From positions 9,536-73,535 of the forward strand of contig JAYZXF010000002.1 in NCBI GenBank assembly GCA_036141575.1: a DNA stretch of 64,000 nucleotides, in the 5' to 3' direction. A program made the position numbers and the translations under genes. Shown here piece by piece: positions 48,698-59,013 of this stretch (the first letter of the stretch is position 1; every line of letters starts with the position of its first letter). The notes below the pieces were generated by a model. That model was given only the letters and a program-made list of their open reading frames with translations. It did no database searches and was not told the origin of the DNA. The DNA comes from Pseudomonadota bacterium (lineage in GTDB: Bacteria > Pseudomonadota > Alphaproteobacteria > UBA2136 > JAPKEQ01).

Positions 48698-50326
48698 ATG
48701 ACTGATTCTACACACAAAAACGATTATTTGGTTCTTGCCCGTAAGTACCGCCCGAATACTTTTTCGAGCATGGTTGGGCAGGAAGCTTTGGTTCAAACTC
48801 TCTCTAACGCACTTGCAAGTGGACGTATCCACCACGCCTTTGTTTTCAACGGTATTCGTGGAACAGGTAAAACAACCACTGCCCGTATTATGGCGATGGC
48901 GCTAAACTGTGAAAATGGTCCATCTAGCAGTTGGGAAGAAAACGACGAACAAGTGAAGCTGATTATGGAAGGGCGTCACCCTGACGTGCTTGAGTTTGAT
49001 GCCGCCTCTCACCGTGGTGTAGATGAGATTCAGCAACTCTTTGAAGGTGTCGCTTATCAGCCTGTATCTGGTCGCTACAAAGTGTACATCATTGATGAGG
49101 TACACATGCTATCTAAACAGGCGTTCAACGCCATTCTAAAGACGCTGGAAGAACCACCAGCAAATGTAAAATTTATTTTTGCGACAACTGAGGTGAACAA
49201 AGTACCAATTACGGTTCTGTCTCGTTGTCAGCGTTTTGACCTGAAACGTATTACATCAGGCACGCTTGCAGATTACTTTATGACACTTCTTGAGAAAGAG
49301 GGTGTAGAGGCTGACAAGGATGCCATCCACATGGTTGCCCGTGCTGCAGATGGGTCAGCGCGTGATGGTCTATCTATTCTTGATCAAGCCATTGCACTGA
49401 GTGCCGGTGAAAAGATTACAGAAGAATCTGTGCGCGCCATGCTTGGCGGTGCCAGCAAGGAGCGTGTCTATGATCTTCTTGAAAATATTTTGAGTGGTCA
49501 GCCAGAAAAGGCTCTTGAAGGGTTTGCAGCAATGTACATGGATGGTTACGATGCATTACAGGTTGTAAAAGATCTACAAGACTCTCTCTACACAATGACA
49601 CGCATGAAGCTTGTGCCAACACTGGCAGACTCTGCGGGTCTGAGTGAACTTGAGAAAACACGTTTGTCTCCTTTGGTTGCAAAGCTTTCTCTTGAAGGTA
49701 TGGGCCGCGCGTATCAAATGCTGCACAACATTTTTGTGGAAGCAAGCCAAGCTGGCCGTGTGCATGAGGTTGTTGAAATGGGACTTGTGCGTGTCGCGCA
49801 CCTTGCACCACTTCCAGCAATTGATAAGATCCTTGGACGTATGGCAGGCACAGAGGCGCCTGTGGTAGCGGAGGCAGCGTCAGCTGAAGACCTGCCGGGA
49901 AAGTCGCATCCTAAAGAGACGCCACCAGCTGAGGAGCAAACACCTCAACTTCCAAAAACACCTGATGCCTGGGAAGATATTGTAGAACTTGTGAAGCAGG
50001 CTGCACCTGTTGTTGCAGGTGAGCTTGTGCACCATGTGAGACCGCTTATGGTCAAAGATGGCACATTGCGCATGCAGTGTGATGAGAAACTTGCTAAGGG
50101 TGAGGACCTTGTAAATAAGGTTCGCCAGATTCTCTCAGAGAAAACGGGTAAAGCTTGGGAGGTGACTCTTGAAAGAGATGCAAAAGAAGCAGGAGCACTT
50201 ACACTTGCTGAGGAGCGAGAAGAGGCACGTAAAGAGCGTGTCAGACAAGCGCTTCAAGATGACAACGTTAAAAGTTTAATTGAGCTCTATCCAGACAGTG
50301 AAGTTGTGGATGTGGTTCAGGTTTAA
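48698..50326 (+). CDS. dnaX: DNA polymerase III subunit gamma/tau.
   Basis: An AAA+ clamp-loader sequence (GIRGTGKTTTARI; Zn-finger CENGPSS region) with a C-terminal tau-like extension. Confidence 0.9.
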   Translation: MTDSTHKNDYLVLARKYRPNTFSSMVGQEALVQTLSNALASGRIHHAFVFNGIRGTGKTTTARIMAMALNCENGPSSSWEENDEQVKLIMEGRHPDVLEFDAASHRGVDEIQQLFEGVAYQPVSGRYKVYIIDEVHMLSKQAFNAILKTLEEPPANVKFIFATTEVNKVPITVLSRCQRFDLKRITSGTLADYFMTLLEKEGVEADKDAIHMVARAADGSARDGLSILDQAIALSAGEKITEESVRAMLGGASKERVYDLLENILSGQPEKALEGFAAMYMDGYDALQVVKDLQDSLYTMTRMKLVPTLADSAGLSELEKTRLSPLVAKLSLEGMGRAYQMLHNIFVEASQAGRVHEVVEMGLVRVAHLAPLPAIDKILGRMAGTEAPVVAEAASAEDLPGKSHPKETPPAEEQTPQLPKTPDAWEDIVELVKQAAPVVAGELVHHVRPLMVKDGTLRMQCDEKLAKGEDLVNKVRQILSEKTGKAWEVTLERDAKEAGALTLAEEREEARKERVRQALQDDNVKSLIELYPDSEVVDVVQV

Positions 50327-50356
50327 AATGAATCTAAGAAATAAAGGGTAAATCTT

Positions 50357-50668
50357 ATGATGAAAGATATCGGTAAAATGATGAAGCAAGCACAGCAAAT
50401 GCAGAAGAATATGAAAGCGCTGCAAGCTGAGCTGGATAAAGTAGAAATGACTGGCGAAGCTGGTGGCGGCCTTGTACAGGTTTCTATGACAGGTAAAGTT
50501 GACGTGACAAAAGTTGTGATCTCTCCAGACGTAATGGACGATAAAGAAACTTTGGAAGACCTGCTTGTTGTGGCATTTAACGATGTGCACGGTAAAATCC
50601 AGTCACATGTTCAAGAAGAAATGAACAAAATGACTGGTGGTGCTGGCCTCGGCATGTTTGGCATGTAA
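50357..50668 (+). CDS. ybaB: Nucleoid-associated protein YbaB/EbfC.
   Basis: A canonical YbaB sequence (MMKQAQQMQKNM...GGAGLGMFGM). Confidence 0.85.
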   Translation: MMKDIGKMMKQAQQMQKNMKALQAELDKVEMTGEAGGGLVQVSMTGKVDVTKVVISPDVMDDKETLEDLLVVAFNDVHGKIQSHVQEEMNKMTGGAGLGMFGM

Positions 50669-50682
50669 AGAAAGACCTTACC

Positions 50683-51273
50683 TTGATTCCACAGCCTTTA
50701 GAACAGCTCATTAAAGAACTTGCAAGCCTTCCAGGTGTTGGGAAGCGTAGTGCACAGCGTGTGGCACTGCATATGCTGCAAAATCCTGAGTGTATGAGTA
50801 GCCTTGAAGGGAAGATGAAGGCTGTGGCACAGGACGTGAAAACATGCACAACATGCGCAAATATCTCCTTAGATGATCCCTGTCATATTTGCACGTCTCA
50901 GACGCGTGATAATAGCCGTATCTGTGTGGTTGAGGGGGTAGATGACCTTTGGGCGATTGAACGCAGTGGTGCTTTTACGGGTATGTATCATGTTCTTGGT
51001 GGTGTTGTGGATGCAATGCAGGGTGTTGGCCCTAACGATCTAAATATGGATAATCTTGTGTCTCGTGCGTCTTTTGAGGGTGTTTCTGAGGTTATTTTGG
51101 CTCTTGGTGCCAGCGTTGCAGGCCAAACGACAGCACATATTATTAAAGGTCGCCTTAAAGATGCAGAGGTAAATCTGACTGTTCTGGCACGGGGTATGCC
51201 AATGGGTGCAGATGTGGACTACCTTGATGAAGGGACGATTTCTCTTGCCTTGCAGGGGCGTCAAGCGGTTTAA
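50683..51273 (+). CDS. recR: Recombination protein RecR.
   Basis: The HhH region (LPGVGKRSAQRVALHML), the C4 Zn finger (CTTC...CHIC), and Toprim. Confidence 0.9.
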   Translation: MIPQPLEQLIKELASLPGVGKRSAQRVALHMLQNPECMSSLEGKMKAVAQDVKTCTTCANISLDDPCHICTSQTRDNSRICVVEGVDDLWAIERSGAFTGMYHVLGGVVDAMQGVGPNDLNMDNLVSRASFEGVSEVILALGASVAGQTTAHIIKGRLKDAEVNLTVLARGMPMGADVDYLDEGTISLALQGRQAV

Positions 51274-51327
51274 TTTATGTGGAACCCTATAAGTATCTAG
51301 GGTTTAAATATAAAAAGGGATAGGCAT

Positions 51328-51897
51328 TTGGCTATTACAGCAATTGCAGGCGCTGCAGCAAAGGCAGGGGCAGCCGCTGGTAAGGCGGGCGGTTTTGCTG
51401 CGAAAGGTGCTGGAAGAGTTGCGAAAGGTGCAGCTAAAAAAGCTGGAAAAGCTGCTAAAAATAAAGTGAAGCGTGGTATTTTATCGCGCGTCTTAAGCTT
51501 TTTTGCCAACCCGATTGTGCAGGCGATTATTGCAATTCCGTTCCCTGTGGCTATTATTTCCAACCAAATTATTCCTTCTATTAGTAAGGAAATTAAAATT
51601 ATAAAAATGGTGCTCGCCTTGTTTGCAGGGGGAGGAGAGGCTGCGATTGCTTGGCCTATAATTATTATTGGGCTTGCAGCAACAGCTGCAGGTGCTGCTG
51701 CTGGTAACGCTATATGTGACTGGTCATGGTGTACAAAATTGGGTGCTATGATTGGTGCAGGTATTGGTACGCTAACTGGTGGTGCTACAATTGCAGGAAC
51801 TATGGCTCTTATCTTTCACACCTCTCTTATTGCTCTGGCGTGGTTTATTTTGGTATTTAAATTTGTGATAAAATCTGTTTTACCGAAAAGAATGTAG
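51328..51897 (+). CDS. Hypothetical membrane protein with an Ala/Gly/Lys-rich N-terminal low-complexity region and glycine-zipper TM segments. TTG start.
   Basis: The frame is open from an upstream stop, and the only plausible start is TTG at 51328, after an AAGGGA RBS. Motifs GAMIGAGIGTLTGGATIAG. The antisense ORF 51297-51563 is a compositional mirror. Confidence 0.5.
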   Translation: MAITAIAGAAAKAGAAAGKAGGFAAKGAGRVAKGAAKKAGKAAKNKVKRGILSRVLSFFANPIVQAIIAIPFPVAIISNQIIPSISKEIKIIKMVLALFAGGGEAAIAWPIIIIGLAATAAGAAAGNAICDWSWCTKLGAMIGAGIGTLTGGATIAGTMALIFHTSLIALAWFILVFKFVIKSVLPKRM

Positions 51898-51898
51898 G

Positions 51899-52408
51899 CT
51901 AAAGGCCTAAAACGCCTTTGGTAAAGAAGTAATCAAACGCTTGTTTGTAGCCAGCCTTACGCATCTCTACAGTGTTTTCCTGAATCCATTCTGGTTTGAC
52001 CCATTTAAAGTTAGAGAACTCTTTATCTTGGGCTTTTGAAAGATCAATGTCCTCTTTACTACCATTAAACTTGAAGAAGAACCAAAGATGGCGAGCGCCT
52101 TTAAGGTGGGCATACTGTGGTTTGCGTTGGTCACGATCAGGTCTGTTTTCAGCAGGCCAATCATACCATGTCCAAAATGGGGTTTGTGTGAGAAGAGTGA
52201 TATCTGCCTCTTCAATGGCCGTTTCTTCAAACAGTTCACGAATGGCACCTGCAAGAGGTTCCTCACCTTCATCAATGCCGCCTTGTGGTAGTTGCCATGC
52301 ATCTGCGACATCAGAACGCTCTGCAACAAATACATTGGCACGCTCATCCATGAGGACAACAATAGCACCTGGTCTGTAAGCTTCCATAAGGTCGTGTGGT
52401 TGATTCAT
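51899..52408 (-). CDS. rppH: RNA pyrophosphohydrolase (NUDIX; RppH/NudH).
   Basis: A Nudix box (GGIDEGEEPLAGAIRELFEETAI) and RppH-like length. It is in conserved alphaproteobacterial synteny next to the ctpA cluster. Confidence 0.8.
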   Translation of the reverse strand: MNQPHDLMEAYRPGAIVVLMDERANVFVAERSDVADAWQLPQGGIDEGEEPLAGAIRELFEETAIEEADITLLTQTPFWTWYDWPAENRPDRDQRKPQYAHLKGARHLWFFFKFNGSKEDIDLSKAQDKEFSNFKWVKPEWIQENTVEMRKAGYKQAFDYFFTKGVLGL

Positions 52409-52411
52409 GAC

Positions 52412-53437
52412 TTACTCCTTTAAAAGAGTTGTGATTGGAACAAGCTGTACGCCCGCCGGGAGTGTTTTTACCCATGCTGCAATGGCAGCAGTTGTTTCTG
52501 GGTATGGGTGCCCAATCGCAATTGCTGAACCGTTTTGTTGTGCTTGCTTAAGCGTTTCTGCAAGAGCTTGGTTGATGCGTACACTGTCTTGGTAGTGATC
52601 AAGAAAGACATCACGTGTGAGCAGAGGAAGAGGAAGATCTTTTGCTGCAGCTTTGACGCGACTCTGAGCTGTTGTGAGACTATCTAGGAAGAAGAGCTTG
52701 TGATCTGAAATGGCACGCAGTGCAGGGCGCATGGCTTTTTCACTAGAGGTCATTTTAGAGCCCATGTGGTTATTCGCGCCAACAGCAATTGAGAGGAACG
52801 GGGTAATGTTCTCAACAGTTCTCTTGTAGAGTTCGTCTTCTGGTAGCTCTACGTAAAGTGCATTTTCGCCTGGGTTAGGTGTGTAGCCTTCTGCATTGGT
52901 ACGTGCTTCCATTGGAATATGAACCATAATTTCTTGGCCGCGCTTATGGGCAAAGTCTGCTTGCTTCATGCTGCCATTACCGTATGGCAGGAAGGCAAGA
53001 GTCACTTCTTTCGGAAGTTCATCTAGAACGCGTTGACTTTCAGAAACATTGACGCCCATATCATCAATAACAATGGCAATTTTAGGGCCGTTTAGCACTT
53101 TGACATCAGCCATATTTGCTTCATAGCGCGCTTGTGATTCCTTTGCAGGTTCAAACGGGAGCATGTTGCCTTCAATTAAAGTGTTGAGGCTTGGCAGTGC
53201 CGTTGCCGAAACTTGTGAGAGTGTTTCTTTTGAAAGAGGAGGGCTGTAGAAAGGGATCCTCTGTAGCGTTTGTACAGATGGGTTGTTCTCAGCCTGTGCA
53301 GTTGCTTGTTCTTTTTGTCCGAAGTAAAAGGCAGAAGCAACGCATGCTACAAAGAGAAGCACACCCAGAGTGCTTGCAATAACAAGTCTCAGGGTGTGCG
53401 GTTGTTTGGGTGCAGGGTTTACGACTTCTTCGACCAT
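52412..53437 (-). CDS. Divergent polysaccharide deacetylase family protein (YibQ-like).
   Basis: An N-terminal TM segment and a YibQ-like domain (IAIVIDDMG...AFLPYG...HIPME). Confidence 0.75.
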   Translation of the reverse strand: MVEEVVNPAPKQPHTLRLVIASTLGVLLFVACVASAFYFGQKEQATAQAENNPSVQTLQRIPFYSPPLSKETLSQVSATALPSLNTLIEGNMLPFEPAKESQARYEANMADVKVLNGPKIAIVIDDMGVNVSESQRVLDELPKEVTLAFLPYGNGSMKQADFAHKRGQEIMVHIPMEARTNAEGYTPNPGENALYVELPEDELYKRTVENITPFLSIAVGANNHMGSKMTSSEKAMRPALRAISDHKLFFLDSLTTAQSRVKAAAKDLPLPLLTRDVFLDHYQDSVRINQALAETLKQAQQNGSAIAIGHPYPETTAAIAAWVKTLPAGVQLVPITTLLKE

Positions 53438-54693
53438 AGTTCCAGTGCTTTCACCATATCAATGGCACGTTCAAGTTGGTAGTCGTAAGGGCGTTCGTCT
53501 TTTTTGTCTTTCTTATCTTTAGAAGATAGTTTTTCACCAGCTTCTTCCAGCATCTTCTCAAGCTCAATGTGGCCTTTAAGAGAGGCTTCAGATGGGCGGT
53601 CAGATACATCAACGTCTTCAACTTTTAGAGGTTTCACTTCGATGTCTGGCTCAATACCTTTGGCTTGGATAGAACGGCCAGATGGTGTGTAGTAAAGTGC
53701 CGTTGTGAGGCGCATACCAGAGTTACCTGGGAGCTGCATAATTGTTTGTACAGACCCTTTACCAAAAGACTTTGTTCCAAGAACAAGTGCACGGTTATGG
53801 TCTTGTAGGGCGCCTGCAACAATCTCTGAAGCAGATGCGCTACCGCCGTTGATCAGAACAACAATTGGAGCGCCTTCCATAACATCGCCAGAGCGTGCGT
53901 TATAACGCTGGTTTTGGTTTTCAATGCGGCCACGTGTTGAAACAATTTCACCTTGCTCTAGGAACGCATCAGAGGCAGCAACAGCTTGTGACAGAAGTCC
54001 ACCAGGGTTGTTACGTAGGTCAAGAACAAGGCCTTGTAGTGGCTCGCCTTCGTTCTCTTTTTTCAGGTCATTTAGGTGTTTTTTAATTTGCTTACCAACA
54101 TGCTCGTTAAACGTTGTGATACGTAGGTAGCCAACACCATCACGTTCTAGGCGAGACTTCACAGGAATAATTTTGATGATGTCACGTGTGATTGTGATGT
54201 CCATCGCTTTACGCTCAGACTCACGGAAAACTTTAAGCTTAATGTCGCTACCGACTTTACCGCGCATTTGGTCAACAGCTTCTGAAAGAGTTTGGCCTTG
54301 TACGTCTTTACCATCAATTTGGATGATGAGGTCACCAGCTTCAACGCCAGCTTCATAGGCAGGTGTGCCTTCAATTGGCGAAACCACTTTAACAACACCA
54401 CGGTCCATTGTGACCTCAATACCAAGACCACCAAACTCACCTTTAGTTTGCTCAGTCATAGATTTCATCGCGTCTTCTGGGAGGTAAGAAGAGTGTGGAT
54501 CGAGGGCTGTTAGCATGCCTTCAATGGCATCTTCTACAAGAGTTGTGTCTGAGATTTCATCCACGTAGCTTGTTTTAATTCGGTCAATGACATGCGTCAT
54601 AATATCGAGCTTTTCATAGAGCTCTTTGTTATCAACTGCATGTGCAGAAAGTGTAAGCAGGGATGCAAAACCAATGGTGGCAAGTAAACGCAT
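53419..54693 (-). CDS. ctpA: Carboxyl-terminal processing protease (S41 family).
   Basis: A signal peptide, a PDZ domain and an S41 catalytic region (GGSASASEIVAGALQD; SFGKGSVQ). Confidence 0.85.
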   Translation of the reverse strand: MRLLATIGFASLLTLSAHAVDNKELYEKLDIMTHVIDRIKTSYVDEISDTTLVEDAIEGMLTALDPHSSYLPEDAMKSMTEQTKGEFGGLGIEVTMDRGVVKVVSPIEGTPAYEAGVEAGDLIIQIDGKDVQGQTLSEAVDQMRGKVGSDIKLKVFRESERKAMDITITRDIIKIIPVKSRLERDGVGYLRITTFNEHVGKQIKKHLNDLKKENEGEPLQGLVLDLRNNPGGLLSQAVAASDAFLEQGEIVSTRGRIENQNQRYNARSGDVMEGAPIVVLINGGSASASEIVAGALQDHNRALVLGTKSFGKGSVQTIMQLPGNSGMRLTTALYYTPSGRSIQAKGIEPDIEVKPLKVEDVDVSDRPSEASLKGHIELEKMLEEAGEKLSSKDKKDKKDERPYDYQLERAIDMVKALELWSKKS

Positions 54694-54894
54694 GAGAATG
54701 ACCTAATTTTTTATTTTTATAATCTGTGCATAACGATAAAAGATTTATGCACGAACTGCAAAGGTTTTGTGTGTATAGCCGTGTAACTTAAGAGTTGTAC
54801 GGCTATGCTGCGACACGTATTGGCGCAGCCGCGTGTTAATGCCAAGAAAAACCATGTTTTTTCGCAAGCATGAGCACAGCGTTAAAAGACTAGA

Positions 54895-55881
54895 TCATGT
54901 GCTACTTTTCAGCCATGCAACAGGGTCAATAGAGCGGCCTTTTTTACGAATTTCAAAATACAGGTTTGGCTTGCCTTGTTTTGGAAGAATACCTACAGGT
55001 GTTTTTTCTGTAAGAACATCGCCTTCTTTTACGTAGGATGTCTCTAGGTTTCCGTAAACGCTGTAAACATCGAGTCCATGCTCAAGAATAACAACAGTAC
55101 CGTAGTCTTTAAACGGTCCGCTATAAACCACTTTACCATTTTGTGTTGGCATCACTTCAGCGCCTGAGTTTGTTTGGATATCAATACCATCTGCGTGCAG
55201 GCCTAGAGCATCTTCTTCACGGAACTTACGTGTAATACGTCCGCTAACTGGCATGGCTTTATTACTCTCAGGAGACACTTCTAGCGTTTGCTTTTTCGCT
55301 TGCTCTACAAAGAAGCGGCTGAGGTTCTTTTGTTTGATGAGGCGTTTAATATCTGCCTCAAGTGTACGCAGGCGTTTTTTAGAAATAGGTTTTGAACCAT
55401 CAATATGGCCTTCAATTGTACCAAGGGCTGTTTGCATGCCAGCAATATCACTATGAACAATATCGAGCAGTACTTCTTTACGTTCAATCAGTTCTTTCAG
55501 TTTTAAATATTCAGAAAGGCTGGCTGTCAGAGAGGAGAGTTCATCCTGTAGGTTGTCTTGCCCCATACTGAGCAGGCGGTTGCGCTTGTGGCTGAGGGTA
55601 AGAATACCTTGTGCCGCCATCGCTTCTTTCGGCATGCGGCGTAGCTTGAGCATCATCTTGGTTGTGTTATGGAATGTGTGAAGCTTTGTTTTAAAGTTTT
55701 CACGAGCTTCTGTTTCTTGTGAAAACAGGCTTTCCTTTTCACGGGCAAGGTTCTCTTTTTCCATAACAGTTTCCTGCATGAGAGATTTGATGCGTTCTTT
55801 TTGCTCTTTAAGTTGTGCTTCTGTGAGTGCAAAACTTTGCACTGAAACCAAAACAAGGAGGAGGGCTAAAATGCGAGACAT
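54895..55881 (-). CDS. Murein hydrolase activator / M23 peptidase with an N-terminal coiled coil (EnvC-like).
   Basis: A signal peptide, a long coiled-coil region, and a C-terminal LytM/M23 domain (VVYSGPFKDYGTVVILEHG). Confidence 0.75.
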   Translation of the reverse strand: MSRILALLLVLVSVQSFALTEAQLKEQKERIKSLMQETVMEKENLAREKESLFSQETEARENFKTKLHTFHNTTKMMLKLRRMPKEAMAAQGILTLSHKRNRLLSMGQDNLQDELSSLTASLSEYLKLKELIERKEVLLDIVHSDIAGMQTALGTIEGHIDGSKPISKKRLRTLEADIKRLIKQKNLSRFFVEQAKKQTLEVSPESNKAMPVSGRITRKFREEDALGLHADGIDIQTNSGAEVMPTQNGKVVYSGPFKDYGTVVILEHGLDVYSVYGNLETSYVKEGDVLTEKTPVGILPKQGKPNLYFEIRKKGRSIDPVAWLKSST

Positions 55882-57386
55882 GTGCCAGTCATCTCCTTTG
55901 GTTGGTTGAGGTTTAGAAGTTTTAAAACAGTTGGGGCCACATCCACAAGGGTTCCATCTTTGAGGTGAATATTTTGTGCGCCAACGTAAATGAATGGTAC
56001 TGGGTTTGTAGAGTGTTTTGTTGAAATTTTTCCATCTTCAGTCAGCATTTCTTCTGCATTACCATGATCTGCAAGAATGAGGGCTTCACCGCCCTTATCT
56101 TGAATGGCCTTAAGGAGTTTACCAAGAGAAGTATCAACCGCTTCAATAGATTGTGTTGCAGCTTCAATGTCGCCTGTATGACCGACCATATCTCCGTTTG
56201 CCATATTAAGCATGATGAAATCAGGTGTGTTATTTTCAATTTCACTGAGAAGTACGTCTGTTACTTCTGGCAGGCTCATTTCTGGTTGAAGGTCGTATGT
56301 AGCAACCTTTGGAGAGTTCACAAGCTTACGTGATTCGCCTTTAAAGAGCTCTTCACGACCACCACTGAAGAAGTAACTCACATGTGGGTACTTTTCTGTT
56401 TCAGCAATGCGCAATTGTGTGAGGCCTGCTTTACTGATTTCTTCTCCAAGTGTGTTTGGCACTGTTCTTGGTGGGTAGAGAATGTGGAAGTTTGTGGGGC
56501 CAAGTTCTTCAAAGCTTTCATCGTATGGTGTCAGCGTTGCGACTGCTGCAAGTTTGGGTGCTTCAGGGTTTTGCTTTTGATCAATAAACAAACGAACAAT
56601 TTGACGCATGCGATCTGCACGGAAGTTAGCAAAGAGGAGTGCATCACCTTTTTGTACAAGGTGTTCCTCGATGCGTGTTTCTTGAATGAACTCATCTCCA
56701 GAATCGTTGTTTGCATAACCAAGTTCAATGGCTTCGGAAATAGAGCCTGCTTTTGTGCCTTCACCTTGTGTGATCAGGTTGTAATAAGCGCCTGTACGTT
56801 CCCAGCGCTTATCACGGTCCATGGCTGTGTAGCGGCCGCAAATTGTGGCAAGGGTTACATTTTCAAGTGTGTTGATAAATGTTTCTAACTCAGGCAGTTC
56901 TTTGATAGCAGATCTTGGCGCATTGTCACGACCATCTGTGATGGCGTGCAGAACAATCTTCCCACCTGTTTTATTAAGCTCAGTGAGCATGCCTTTAATA
57001 TGATCCATATGGCTATGTACGCCACCGTAAGAACACAGGCCAACAACATGGACGGTCTTTGCACTTTTCGCATCAGACAGGAAAGCGTTCCATTCTGGCT
57101 TTCTTGCAAAGTCACCTGTGTTTAAATCTTGTGTAATTTGGGCAAGAGGCTGTAAAAGAACGCGCCCTGCACCAATCGCCATGTGGCCAACTTCACTATT
57201 CCCCATTTGGCCTTTAGGGAGGCCAACATGCTCTCCATGTGTCAGGAGCGTACTGTGTGGGCATGTCTGAAATAGCTCATCTAGCACAGGTGTGTGTGCG
57301 AGAGCGACTGCATTGCCTTCTGTACGGCTACTGAGGCCGACGCCATCAAGAACACAGAGGAGGAAAGGTGAGTTACGTTTTGTCAT
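55866..57386 (-). CDS. gpmI: 2,3-bisphosphoglycerate-independent phosphoglycerate mutase.
   Basis: iPGM motifs (LCVLDGVG; catalytic Ser region). The start is taken at MTKRNSPF. Confidence 0.9.
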   Translation of the reverse strand: MTKRNSPFLLCVLDGVGLSSRTEGNAVALAHTPVLDELFQTCPHSTLLTHGEHVGLPKGQMGNSEVGHMAIGAGRVLLQPLAQITQDLNTGDFARKPEWNAFLSDAKSAKTVHVVGLCSYGGVHSHMDHIKGMLTELNKTGGKIVLHAITDGRDNAPRSAIKELPELETFINTLENVTLATICGRYTAMDRDKRWERTGAYYNLITQGEGTKAGSISEAIELGYANNDSGDEFIQETRIEEHLVQKGDALLFANFRADRMRQIVRLFIDQKQNPEAPKLAAVATLTPYDESFEELGPTNFHILYPPRTVPNTLGEEISKAGLTQLRIAETEKYPHVSYFFSGGREELFKGESRKLVNSPKVATYDLQPEMSLPEVTDVLLSEIENNTPDFIMLNMANGDMVGHTGDIEAATQSIEAVDTSLGKLLKAIQDKGGEALILADHGNAEEMLTEDGKISTKHSTNPVPFIYVGAQNIHLKDGTLVDVAPTVLKLLNLNQPKEMTGTCLAF

Positions 57387-57526
57387 GGTATTTAAAATAG
57401 TGCAAATCAGGGTGTTTTCACAAGCAAGAATTAGGGCAGGGGTTGACTTTTTAAGGGGGTGTGCCAATAGTCTGGGTACTAGTGATCTTTTTCGGACAAT
57501 TTTCTCGTTCTACAGGAGGTTTCTCA

Positions 57527-58416
57527 TGAACGGACTTTATGCGGCACTTGACCGCTTCTTCTTGCCGCTGATCCAAAAGGGGCACGATCTTTTCCAAGAT
57601 CAAAAAGATTCCCAAAACACGGTGCCAATCTGGGTCGCATGGCTGATTTCGATTCCGATGATTTTCCTGGATGTTTCAGCCATGAATGTGCTGACGATCA
57701 TTCTGGCTGGGATTTTCGGCATGTTTGCCTTCACAGGCAAAGGGAGCCATGACCCGCTGACGCCGGTTGATAAGTGGCGCCTGTTTGCGCCAATGGCCAT
57801 TCTTGCTGTGCCAAGCATCCTTTGCCTTGGTGAGGTGGATGGTTTCCTACTCAGTACGCTGGGCTGGGCCAGTGTGGCTTTGGCTACATTGTTTGCCATG
57901 GTAGCCAGCTACCGCGTGGTGGTGCTTCAGGGGAAACCTTTGTCGACACTGATGAAGGTTGTGTCTGTGTTGGCTGTTCCAACTTATCTCTTCTTGAAGC
58001 CGTTTCTTATGATGGTGGAAAAGAAGCATGACTGGCTGGTAGCCAATTGGCGCCCTGTCATGGTTTATGCTGCTTTGGCAATGGGTCTTGCAACTGTTTG
58101 GTACCCGCTGCCTGCTGATGACTTTGTCAGTATTGCTGGTGGTGTGCTGGGCTTGATCTTCGGTATCTTTGAATTCCGCAGCCGCAGCGGTGAGCCTGCT
58201 GCAGCCGACCAGTGGGCTATCTACGGTGCGTCTGCACTGGCGATTAGCCTTGGTGTGCTTTGCCCGGGCAACATGTTTGCTCATATTGGTTTGACGGCCT
58301 ATGCTGCTGCTGTAAGTGGTGTGGCTATTGTTCTTGCTGGCTATATTGTCAGCAAAACAAAAGCACAAACCACTACGGCAGATCATGGTTTTACGGAAGT
58401 TAAGGAAGAGGAGTAA
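57527..58416 (+). CDS. Hypothetical polytopic inner-membrane protein (296 aa).
   Basis: An AGGAGG RBS 6 nt before the ATG at 57527, and about 8 TM helices. Its codon usage appears GC-richer (ctg/gcc) than its neighbours. Confidence 0.65.
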
Positions 58417-58436
58417 TTCTTCTTTGAATCGATGTG

Positions 58437-58465
58437 AAAAGGGGCGTATTGCGCCCCTTTTTGCT
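58437..58465 (+). terminator. Rho-independent terminator.
   Basis: The sequence aaaaGGGGCGtattGCGCCCCtttttgc. Confidence 0.55.
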
Positions 58466-58524
58466 GTTTTAGCAATTTTTACCCTACGTATTTATGGGAT
58501 GAGGGGGCAAGGAAACCTCCAGTT

Positions 58525-58989
58525 TTACTGGCGGTGGTATGGATGGCCTGCAACAACAGTCATGGCACGATAAATTTGCTCTGTAATGATCGGGCGCACC
58601 ATTTGGTGGGGAAATGTGAGTTTGGACAGGGAAAGTACAAGATCGGCACGGTCTCTTACATCTTGGTGAAGGCCGTCTGATCCGCCAATAATAAAATACA
58701 CTTCACTTGTGCCATGGTCTTGATAGTCTGAGAGTTTTTTAGAGAATTCTTGCGTAGAGAGCAGTTTACCGCGCTCATCGAGCGCAATGACTTTTGCTGA
58801 TGCAGGAATTTTAGAAAGCTGAACTTTGCTTTCTTCGAGTTTTAATGCTTCGCCACCAGAGTTTTTACCATGCGGGAGCTCTGTTATGCTCGTTGGCATG
58901 TACGGCTTTAGCCGTTTGATGTACTCCGCTTCCAGAGCGAGCAGGTGTTTGTCACGACATTTACCTGTCGCCAGGATTGTGGCTTTCAT
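58525..58989 (-). CDS. rlmH: 23S rRNA (pseudouridine1915-N3)-methyltransferase.
   Basis: SPOUT-class RlmH length and motifs (IIGGSDG). Confidence 0.85.
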   Translation of the reverse strand: MKATILATGKCRDKHLLALEAEYIKRLKPYMPTSITELPHGKNSGGEALKLEESKVQLSKIPASAKVIALDERGKLLSTQEFSKKLSDYQDHGTSEVYFIIGGSDGLHQDVRDRADLVLSLSKLTFPHQMVRPIITEQIYRAMTVVAGHPYHRQ

Positions 58990-59013
58990 CTTTTACCTAT
59001 AAATTGGGTTTAT

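Noticed and set aside
51297-51563. 88-aa minus-strand ORF (Ala/Pro/Phe-rich)
   Set aside because: It is a mirror image of the Ala/Gly/Lys-rich low-complexity tract on the plus strand. The plus-strand ORF is longer, has an RBS and has TM segments.
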